A stretch of DNA of 43,409 nt from Mesotaenium endlicherianum (lineage: Eukaryota): NCBI GenBank assembly GCA_009602735.1, contig WELA01003518.1, positions 1 to 43,409 of the forward strand, given 5' to 3'. Made by a program: the position numbers and the translations under genes. The notes under the pieces were generated by a model, which was not told the origin of the DNA, searched no databases, and worked only from the letters and a program-made list of their open reading frames with translations. This document shows positions 1 to 9,469 of the stretch, one piece after another (within the stretch, counting starts at the first letter, position 1; each line of letters opens with the position of its first letter).

Positions 1-1945
1 CTCGCCCGCCCCAGAGCTCGCCCCCGGGCGCTGCGGCGGCGGGCTGCTGGGCGGCGCCGCTCGGTCGAGCGCCGTCTCTCTCTTCCCACTTGGGAAGCTC
101 GTGGGGCACGTTGGCCCAGCGGTACCCGTCGGGCGGCACCCCAGGCTCGGGAACGAGGGTGTCCGGGCCGCTCCAGCTTCGGTTCAGGTTTGGAACCATG
201 GGGCCCTGCCCCTGGCCCTGGCCCGGGGCGGACCAGCGGTAGTTACCGGAGAGGGTGTCCCCAACCTGGCGCCGAACCTCCAGTCCCGAAGCTCCAAACA
301 CGTACCTACCCCCCCCTGCGTTACTCGCGCTCGCGGCCCCCCCTCCACCCCGACTCTCAGCAGCGGCGGCGGCGGCGGCAGCGGTGGCGTCCAGCCTGTG
401 CAAATTCTCTGCCACCCGGGACAGCGCCGAGGAGGAGGAGGAGGAGGCGTTGTCGCTGCTGTCACCGCCGTCGCCGCCGTCGCTGCCGGCCCCGTCACCT
501 GGCGCTGGCCGCGTCGAGGTGACGGGCAGCCCTTGCCCGCGGGGCATGCTCCTGAACCCGTGCTCCCTGTCCTCCCTGTAGGCCCGCGGCTGCTGCCCCT
601 GCCCCTGCCTCTGCTCCTCCTGCTGCTCCCTCTGTGCCCCCCTCTTGTCAAAGAGCTCCTCCCCCTCAGCAAAAATCTCCCCATACGGACTGTCACCCTC
701 GCGGCGGCCGCTGCTCCTGCCGCCGACGGTGTCGATGCCCTCCCTGTCAAACAGAGCATCGTCATTCTCGTCGCCGTCGTCATAGTCCCCCAAGCCCGCC
801 AGCCTCCCGTCAGTGAAGGTGGGGACAAAGGGGCGGCCCGACCGCGGCAGGGGGCCCCCAGGGGGAGCAAACAGCCCCTCCTGACTGACGCCCCTCTCCC
901 AGGGGGGCGCCACAAAGCCGCTGCTGCTGCTGCCGCCGGCGGTGGCAGCCCTGCTATACATCCCAGAGGGGGGAGCGCGGCCACCTTCAACACCAGCAAT
1001 ACCCGCATCGTCAAAGTAATCTGGGCTTGGGCCTGATCGGTCCCCCTGGGGCTCCCACCTGCTGCCTGCCTGGGAGCTGCGGGGGGGAGGGGCTGCGGGT
1101 CTGGAGTCGGGCAGCGCCGTCCCGAGGGAGTCCCGCCAGGAGGACGAGGGCGTGCCACGTGTCCGCCTGTCGAACGACACGCTGGTGGCGTCATCGCGCT
1201 GGTCTCTGGAGTACCTCGGCTTCGGGTCTCTCGAGTATTCGCGGGGGCCGCTACTCCCCCGCTGGTACTCCCTCGGGCCCCTGCTGTCCCCCCCCTCACG
1301 TGGCCCAGCAGGCTGCCTGCCCCTCTGCCGCTGCTGCTGCTGCCACCTGTCACCCTCTACCGGCCAGCCGGACTCCGCCGCGTCCTGCTGCTGCCTCCAG
1401 TCCTGCCAAGTCCCGGCTTCTGCGGGCGCCTTCCTGGCACCTTCCCTCCCATACTGGGAGTCTCGTGTGTAGCTTCTGCTGCCACGGCTGCCCTCCTGAT
1501 CCGGCCATGGCCGGTCCCTCTGGCCCCGCCAGCTGTCGCCGTTCTCTCTCCTGCCTGGACCCGAGCCTGCCGACTTGCGAGCGTCCCCCGGGCCACCTTT
1601 GGAGCCGGGCCCACCTTTGGACCCTTTGAGCCACGAGGGGTACTCCTGATTGGGCCGGGATCCTGGTCTTGGCCTCTGGGAAGAGTACGCCGCGTGGCAC
1701 ACTCCTGGGGCGTCGTTTACGAGCAAACTCGGACGAAAATTGGTGGGACCGGGGAAAGCAAAGGCGCCCCGGAAAAAGGGAGAGTAAGGTACCTGGAGGA
1801 CCCTGCACGGCTTGGCAAGGCAGGCCTTTGTAGGAACGCAGCCGAATTGGGTAGGCGACGGCAACCTATCCCTATAGAAGCCTGCCAGATGACATCGCTG
1901 GTGCAGCAGTGAGCTGGCAACCAGAACTGTGGAGCTCGACGCCAT
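1..1945 (-). CDS. CFM2: Chloroplast CRM-domain (CRS1/YhbY) group II intron splicing factor, CFM2-like; first exon, continues beyond the left edge
   Basis: Hand translation gives a stop-free minus frame from ATG 1945 to the window edge (about 648 codons). It starts MASSSTVLVASSLL (transit-peptide-like), has a long R/G/D/E-rich disordered region, then SALSRVAENLHRL, VGDTL...RSWSGPDTLVPEPG and HELPKWEERE in the order I recall for the CFM2 N-terminal motifs (SAIQRIAEKLRSL / VGHTIDTSWSTP..PVPKPG / HELKRVW). The CRM domains themselves are not in the window. Confidence 0.7.
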   Translation of the reverse strand, partial: MASSSTVLVASSLLHQRCHLAGFYRDRLPSPTQFGCVPTKACLAKPCRVLQVPYSPFFRGAFAFPGPTNFRPSLLVNDAPGVCHAAYSSQRPRPGSRPNQEYPSWLKGSKGGPGSKGGPGDARKSAGSGPGRRENGDSWRGQRDRPWPDQEGSRGSRSYTRDSQYGREGARKAPAEAGTWQDWRQQQDAAESGWPVEGDRWQQQQRQRGRQPAGPREGGDSRGPREYQRGSSGPREYSRDPKPRYSRDQRDDATSVSFDRRTRGTPSSSWRDSLGTALPDSRPAAPPPRSSQAGSRWEPQGDRSGPSPDYFDDAGIAGVEGGRAPPSGMYSRAATAGGSSSSGFVAPPWERGVSQEGLFAPPGGPLPRSGRPFVPTFTDGRLAGLGDYDDGDENDDALFDREGIDTVGGRSSGRREGDSPYGEIFAEGEELFDKRGAQREQQEEQRQGQGQQPRAYREDREHGFRSMPRGQGLPVTSTRPAPGDGAGSDGGDGGDSSDNASSSSSSALSRVAENLHRLDATAAAAAAAAESRGGGGAASASNAGGGRYVFGASGLEVRRQVGDTLSGNYRWSAPGQGQGQGPMVPNLNRSWSGPDTLVPEPGVPPDGYRWANVPHELPKWEERDGARPSGAAQQPAAAAPGGELWGGR

Positions 1946-3034
1946 GTGTCGCAGGTTTGGCGAGCTGCATGAGACGCTGCAGAACGCGGCCGCAAGGTTT
2001 CTGCCCCAGACGCGGGGCGAATGTAAGTACGCGTTCAGATACACCTTGCTTAGACGAAGAAGCTATACGGTTTTGTGCATATCTCAACCCCTCACGCAAC
2101 GCTGTTCTTGTGGAGAAAAGAACACCAGGGAATTCGAAGCAGATTCTCCTTCTTAGTGGTCAGCGGCTGTTGCATAGATGAGAAAATTACGAAGGCAATA
2201 CAAGCATGGGGACTCTCATGCATCGCCCTGAACTCCGATTTGGACTGTATTGGAGTACACACAGCAACTCACAGCGTCCGTCTCCCCCTCAGGCCTGGCC
2301 CCCTAAAAAGTTCACTCAAGACATCCCTCGTCAACAGTAGAAGTTGCTTGAAGGAGATCGCGCGGCGGATGGAAATATCTAGCGACGTTCCGTTCTTAAT
2401 GAAGTAATGTAATTGATCATCTTTTAGCATGCCATTATTTAGCGTTATACAGCGTTCTACAAGTTTGGTGAGCAATAATTCCCCACTTCACCGGTCTAAT
2501 CCAAAGCTGCGGCCAGATATTTGAAACGTGTGCCTTCGTCTGCTATATTGCTGTACAAGGACGAACACAACGAACGACTTCGACACTTTCCGAGCCCACT
2601 TTTAACTGCGCTCTCTAGCAAGCGTCGCGAAACAAATGATATAAAGAGGTGGGGGCTTGGGTGTCACTGCTGATGCCTCTTCCCGGCTGCCATAATTGCT
2701 TGGGAAGAGCCGTATTATTGATATGTCTGCGTGTTAGAGGAGCGCAAAGCGCTCATTGAGGGAGATAAGAGACCTGCATGTGCAATTCTCGACAATTTTG
2801 CACCCTGTGAGAGGCATGGAGTAGGAAGGAACGATTCAGATTCAGCATGAATGGTTTTCTCGCGGGAATGTGCACTGTAATTTTAGCGCAATTGAGGGTG
2901 GTTGTTCGGGGTCTCTGTTAGACGTTACAGCCCTGTTGGACGTGCCGCCCTGTTAGACGTTACAATCTAGCTGGATCGGGAACATACACACACAAATACC
3001 CACACATCTGTTCTCTCACCCTCCGCTGCCAAGT

Positions 3035-3383
3035 ATGGCGATATTGCTCCACCAACCCCAGCAGCACATTCGAGCCTCCTTGGACCTTACACGACTTCAT
3101 AAGGACACAACTTGCAGGTGACTCCACGTGGCCGTACGCTATTACTGATTCTTCAGCCCCACGACAGGCGTCATGGTCCAGAGGTTTAGCCGGAAATGCA
3201 CCCCCCTGCTCTCTCAGATGGTCAACTTCGTGTAGCGTAATCAAAGGCTCGGGTATTCCAATACAGCGCCCCTCGGCACTTCCTCGCGGCCCTGCTGCCG
3301 CTACATCCGGCTTGCCTCCCTTCCAGCATCAGCTAGCAGCGGATTCCAGTCACTTAGTGCACCCGCATCACAGGGGCAAGGAG
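3035..3383 (+). CDS. Candidate 5' exons of the RAP gene (3035-3117 and 3218-3383), transit-peptide region
   Basis: ATG 3035 reads MAILLHQPQQHIRASLDL... to donor AG|GTGACT at 3118. A 100-nt intron ends CTCTCAG at 3217, the phase matches, and the frame stays open to GAG|GTTTGG at 3384. The join to the main exon near 4400 is unresolved; a further small exon may end at donor GTAAGT 4280. Confidence 0.35.
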
Positions 3384-4398
3384 GTTTGGGGGAGCCAAAT
3401 TGCTGCAGTGAAGAAAGCAGTCACGAACATGAGTATTGCCGCGGCCATTGGAAAAAAGTAGTGAACATGAACGTCAGCCGCATGGGCAGTCTGTGGATTG
3501 GAAAGCGAGCGAGGGGAGGGCTGACTGTTCCTTTTCTTCCCTTCCCTTGTCGAGTGGGAAGCTGCTAAGGGGCAGAGGCGGCGCTTAACTTGAGCTGTTT
3601 CTATGCGTGCACCTGCTTACCTGCCCAACTTGCTGCCAGAGAGTAAATTTCTTCAAGCCGCCTCACTCGTCCCACCCGTAGAGCCGTGTGAGGCAGGTGC
3701 TCTGAGGGGTACAGTTTAGAATAATCTTGAGAGAATTACACCTCTCATACAGGGCTTCAAAGAGATTTACGACCCCTAACTGGTGGCTTAGGTTCCGACG
3801 GGCACGTGTCATTAGGGCGGGGAGGGCCTCTGATGCTCCCTTCATGAGAAATGAGCCCAGGCCCGGCTGCTGCATCCCTTCTCCCACTCTCCCTCCCTCC
3901 CTTCCTCACCTCCTTCCGTCACTCACTCTCTCTCCCCCTTTTCCTGCCTCACTTCCTCCCTCCCTCCCCCTCTCCCTCCGCCCCCTCTCCCTCCTTCCCT
4001 CCCCGCTCCCTCCGCCCCCTCTCTTTTCCTTCTCCCTCTCTCCCTCCCTCTCCCTCTCNTCCCACGCATACACGTGTGCTGGGCGCCGGCAGAAGTGACT
4101 CAGCGCCTGTCATGCAGTGCCCTCCCTGACACCCGGGTGCATCTGCGTCCTCTGCTGGGGTGGGCGGAGGGGCGGATGGGTGGGTGGGTGGGCAGAGGCA
4201 CGAGGGGGAGGGTGTGCATGCGACACGGGTGCGCCAGCCAGCCCTCGAACGCGTCTCTGCTCCGCCATTGCCTACTCATGTAAGTCGCGCATCGCCTCCA
4301 CCTAACGACATCCCGACAGAAGACGAGGATGCTTGTTAGCAAGTGAACCTGTAGATGTTGGATTTTAACGTCGGCTTGAACACACGTTGCCCTTCCAG

Positions 4399-5274
4399 CC
4401 TGCCGCCCAGGGGGGGAGCTCAGCCGGGGGGCGGCAGCTTCTGACACGCGCGGCTCGGTGTGGCTGGCCACATGTGCGAGCAGCGGCGCCAGCAGCGGGG
4501 ACCACCTCGGGGGGGGACTGCCCCAACGCCAGAGCGCCCGGGCGCCAACCGGCGCTGGCTCACACCGCGTGGCTGCGCACGTGCGAGCAAGAGCCACCAA
4601 GCAGGGGCTGCAAACTGCAGAGAACACCAGCAAGGCGCTTGAGCAGCAGCAGCAGGGGCAGCAGCAGCAGGGGGGGGAGGAGGAGGAGTGGGAGGAGGGA
4701 TGGGGGGAGGAGGAGGAGGCGGCATTTGACAGTGACTACGAGGAGGGATCGGAGGAGTGGGAGGCCCAGCTGCTGCGCACCCCGCAGCTGACGCTGGGGG
4801 GAGGGAAGCCCCAGAGAAGGGTGGGGGGCAGGAGGGGGAAGGGCCACGAGGTCATCCAGGTGGCGCCCCTGGGCTGGGCTGCCAGGGCCCAGGAAAGCGC
4901 TCGCAAGGTGGCCGAGCTGCGCGGGCTGGTGCGCGAGCCTGCCTTGGGAGAGGCCGAGAAGGAGGAGGAGAGGAAGAAGAAGAAGAAGGAGAAGAAGGCG
5001 AGGAGGAAGAAGAAGCTGCAGTCGATGCTAGCCGAGGCGGCAGCTGCCAAGCCCCCCTCCCCCCTGGCAGCCCGGGGGGCTATCAGCAGCAGCAGAAGCA
5101 GCAGCAGCACAGATAGCAGCAGCGGCGGCAGCAGCAGCAAGGGCATGTCCTTGGGTGGGCTTCAGGACCAGCGGCGGCGACGGCGACAGCAGCAGCAGGA
5201 GGCAAGCGGTAGGGGGCAGGGCTTGGAACTGGAGGAGGGGGAGGGGGGGGGGGAGGAGGAGGAGGAGNGGGGGA

Positions 5275-5306
<32 letters not shown>

Positions 5307-8300
5307 CGATGTAGGCCTGGCAGCGCCCGAGGTGCAGGCTGCGGTGCGCCAGATGGCGGCAGCTGCCGGCTTCAAGAACCGGCTGGCGTCGCTGTCGCAG
5401 CTGGGCGGCTACTGGGGCGGCCTGCAGGGGGGGACCACCATTGTGGGAGGAGGCGGCAAAGGCAAGGCAGGAGGAGGAGGAGCCCCCTCGCCCAATGCAG
5501 GCAACGCCCTCCCTGCCCCCCCTAGCAGCGGCAGCGGCAGCGGGGCCGGCAGCTCTGGGGGGCTGCTGCCAGCTGCCACTCGCTGGAGGAGCTCTGTGAT
5601 GTGGGACTCCAGCCAGGGTGCTGCCAGCGTGGTTGTTGCCTCCGACGCGCCAGGTGGCGTGCTGGGGGGGCCCGCGGCTGAGGACGACCTGGCCTTGCTG
5701 GAGGAGGATGAGTTCTTCGACGACGATGACAATGTGAACAACATAGAGGATCTCTGCTTTGACGACGACGACGACGACGAGGCTGCTGCTGCTGCTGCTG
5801 CTGCTGGCTGGCTTGTGGGCACCAGCAGAGGAGAGGGAGCCCGTGCCTCCTCAGGCTCTGCGGAGGTGGGCGAGGGGCGGAGGGGCGGCGGAGGGGGTGG
5901 ATTGGAAGGATCTGAGGAGGAAGAGGTGGACGAGGACGAGGAGGATGAGGAGGGGGGGGTGCGAGTGCAAAGCTTTCCCGCTGTCAGATCAGAGCAGCCG
6001 CTGCCGCTGCCGTTTCGCCAGAAGGGGCTCAGGCGGGACCCCTACGAGGTCAGCCGCCAGCTGGTGGCGGCACAGAGCGTGGACGAGGTGGTGGAGGTCA
6101 TCGCTGGCGTGCTGGAGGGCGCGCCACCTGGCGCGGTGGGCGGCGGCTTCAACGCCGTGACGGCGGCCACCGCGCTGCACCGCCTTGCGCGCCAGGTGGA
6201 GGCCGCGCGGCTGCCCGAGAGCGAGCGGCTGGCGGTCGCACGGCGCCGCCACGTGGTGCAGCTGGTGCGCTCCGCGTGCGAGCTCCTGCCGATGCTGGGC
6301 CCTCAGGCTGTGGCCAACGTGATGTGGGCGCTGTCCAAGATAGGCGGGCCGCTGCTGTACCGGCGAGAGTACGGGCTCCTCTGCGGCGCCGCGCGCGGCC
6401 ACCTGGCGGCATTCTTGCCGCAGCACCTGGCCAACATTGCTGCGGCCCTCGCGACCGCGCGCCACGTGGCGCCCGAGCTGACGGGCTCCATTGCCCGGCG
6501 CGCGGCGGCGGCGGCGGCCGCGTTCCGCCCGCAGGAGCTGTCTCAGCTGCTGTGGGCGATGGCGGTGCTTGGCCAGCCCTGCCCGGCGCTCTTTGGCGCG
6601 CTCGACCGCGTCTACGGAGGCACCTCCTCCTCCTCCTCCTCCTCTTCCTCCTCCTCCTCCTCCTCCCCCTCTCCCTCTCCCTCACACTCCCCCTCCTCAC
6701 TCTCCTCGTTTTCCTCGTCGTCTGCCGCTTTTACTTCCACTCCTGCTCCTTCTCCTCCTCCTCCTCATTCTTCTGCGGCGGCCACGGCAGCGGGAGAGCT
6801 TGCTGACTGCGACGAGGACAGTGAGAGCACAAGCGAGAGAGAGAGCGAGGGGGAGCGCGAGGGCGGGGGCGAGTGGGAGGCTGCGTCAGAGCAGGAGAGA
6901 AGGAGCTTCGGCCGCGACGGCTGGACGGAGCAGCAGCTGGCGAACGTGGCGTGGAGCTGCACGGTGCTGGGTGAGCTCGCGCGGCCCTCCTTCCGCGCGC
7001 TGTGGGCCGAGATCTGCACGCGCTCCTTTGCGCCCGAGCCCGCACGAGGGCACGGCCCCCCTGCAGCCGTCACCAGAAGGGGCGGTGGCGCTGCCAGGAG
7101 GGCCGCCGGCGCCAACGGGGGCGCCGGTCCCCGGCACGCCAGTGACCGCCACCTGTCGCAGCTGTACCAGGTGATGCTGTCTCTGGAGCTCGAGGCTGCG
7201 CCAGGTGCCGCCGCCCTGGCGGTGCCCGAGGCGCTCCGGGCGGCCACCTGCGATGCGTGGGAGAAGGAGCAGGCGAGCGCCAAGAAGACGTCGCTGTGCG
7301 AGAAGGAGGTCTTGCGCTTGCTGCTGCCGTCGGGGCAGACGTGGGTGGCCAACCACAGGGCCGCCTCGCACTATTCGCTCGACCTGGCGCTGCCCGCGCT
7401 GCAGTTTGCCATCGAGGTCGACGGGCCCTCCCACTTCTCGGGGAACACCAGTGAGCAGCCCGTCCCACCCCCCTCCCCCCCTGCACAAGTGCGTGTGAGT
7501 GTGAGTGTGTGAGTGCATGTGTGTGTGTTTGTGTGTGTGTGCGTGCGTGCGTGCGTGCGTGTGTGTGTGTGCGCGTGCGCGCGTGTCTGTGTGTCTCTTT
7601 GTATGTGTAAGGCACCAGGAGTGGGGTGGGGAGGGAGTGGAGGTAGGGGCTGTGCTGAACCTTTGTTGCCGTAGTCTGCTGCTGTTACATCGTTGAGGCA
7701 TTACTGTGCGTCGCACGTGCGTTTCCACGGTGGGAGGTGCTCTTTCTCTCCCGCTCTGTCCCTCTCCGCCCTTCCCTCTCTCTCCCTTCCTCCCTCCCTC
7801 CCTCTCAGGCTGGCGGTTGCATTGGCCTCCACCATGCTTTCGCACATTATGCTGCTGCAGCTTGTGATAGCGCCCCGCTTGATTCAAGCCAGGTGTCGGT
7901 ATTCAGTGAATGCTGCTGCCCAGGAGGCCGGCAAGTGGCTGAGCCTGATCGGGTGGGTTATATGCTGGGGCCTCTCCTCTATTGCGCGTGTGTCATGTGC
8001 AGATGCTCCCCTCGGCTCAACGCTGCTGAAGCGGCGCCAGCTGGCAGCGGCAGGCTGGACCGTGGTCAGCATCCCCTACTTTGAAGTAAGTCAGGACGAG
8101 GCAGCCGGACTGACAGACCATTTGATGGGAGGGGCCCCGGCCTCCTCCCCTCCGGCCCCCTTCCCCCCCTTAGTGTGCAGAGCTTTTGAGGCTCGTGGGC
8201 CGACGCAGGCGCGCCATGCAGCGGAGGCGCTGTCATTAAATCGAAGCTCGGGGAGGACCATTGGGCTTACCGCTGGGCCACTGGACGCAAGAGATTCTAC

Positions 8301-8629
8301 GTGTTTTTCACCTTATAGACGCGTGCTGTACTTGTCGGTGTTGGTGCACTCGCAGACGGGGGCAACTCAAACCCTGACTTGCCCCCTAGGGTATGGGGGT
8401 CTTTGACAGCACCTTCAAAGGGGCGTTTCAAAGGCTCCCGCACTTGCTCCCATTGCTCCCTCCTCCTTGTTAAGTCTGTGTGGGAGGAGGTACTGACGCG
8501 GTTGATGTGCTCTCTGTGGTGCTGCTGCTGCTGCAGTGGGAGGAGCTGGAGGGCGAGCAGGAGCAGCAGGCTTACCTCGCTGAGCTCCTCCAAGGCCTCG
8601 AAGCACTCCAAGTGGCAGCTCTTGCTTAG
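4399..8629 (+). CDS. RAP: Chloroplast RAP-domain / OPR-like helical-repeat RNA-binding protein; exons about 4399-7450, 8003-8085, 8537-8629; true start lies upstream
   Basis: The 5155-7512 frame has NAVTAATALHRLA, PQAVANVMWALSKIGG, PQHLANIA, PQELSQLLWAMAVLG, QQLANVAWSCTVLG and YSLDLALP..FAIEVDGPSHFSGNT. GT-AG splicing continues in phase to APLGSTLLKRRQLAAAGWTVVSIPYFE and WEELEGEQEQQAYLAELL..stop, a complete RAP domain. The frame change near 5240-5300 coincides with G runs and an N at 5268, so it is probably an assembly error. Confidence 0.9.
7488..7607 (+). repeat. (TG)n/(GCGT)n microsatellite in a RAP intron
   Basis: Direct reading: GTGCGTGTGAGTGTGAGTGTGT...GTGTGTGCGTGCGTGC. Confidence 0.9.
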
Positions 8630-9469
8630 GCGTGCTGTGGTGGTTCTGAGGTGGCCGCTGTTTTCTGCGTGCTTAGCTAGCTCGGCCTTTTCTCTGAATC
8701 TGGTATCATTCATATAAATATATTATTATTTTCCGGCCATATGTACGGTCTTGATATTGGCCGCGTGACACTGGCGTGAGGTGTGCTACCACGGCATGCT
8801 TTGCGCAAATACTTTCCTATCTTTTAGCACTGCAAGGGCCCCCCCAGTGTCCCCACCTACCTTCCTTTTTCAGTACGTTGAGGTGTGAGCTCGGCTGGGC
8901 CAGCTCTATTTTGTAAATGTCTGCACAAGTTGGTCCTCTGTACCCACTTTTCCAGGAGTATTTGCTTCTCTCGCTGTCCGTTGGCAAGCTTCATGCCAGC
9001 CTTGGAGTGGTATTTGAGTGGTGTTAATCAACCAGATTGATAGTGGGGCGTGCGAGGAACCCGCCTCAGCGGGCGCGTCTCTATATGAATCGATGGAGAT
9101 TCTGTACAGGGGCAGTGCCTATCAGGCACTCGTATGCTTCTCTACTCTAGGAACTCAATCAGCATTTGTTATTATAAATGGCGGCCTAATTGGCATATTT
9201 TCAATTCTATCTAGGCACACGCTTAAGCGGGTTATATTATGGCTACTGGCGGCTACAAATGGCATATGTTTAAACCTATAGTACTCTCCACGTGTCAGAG
9301 ACAGGAGGACAAAGCATGCACGCACGTCGGGAGAGATCAACCAACAGGCCAGGCTACGTTTGTTAAAGACTAAAACTCGTGAGCCGGGTCATGCACATGC
9401 TTCTCCTCCAGGGCGCATTCGCTGCTGAGATCGCAGAAATACTTGTATGATCCAACTATACTCGTAACC

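Noticed and set aside
101..1629. Long ORFs 101-1036 (+), 184-1353 (-) and 1027-1629 (+)
   Set aside because: They are antisense or off-frame shadows of the GC-rich CFM2-like exon and carry no recognisable motifs.
5989..7887. Several long minus-strand ORFs overlapping RAP
   Set aside because: Expected from stop-poor GC-rich coding sequence and microsatellites; the translations are low-complexity.
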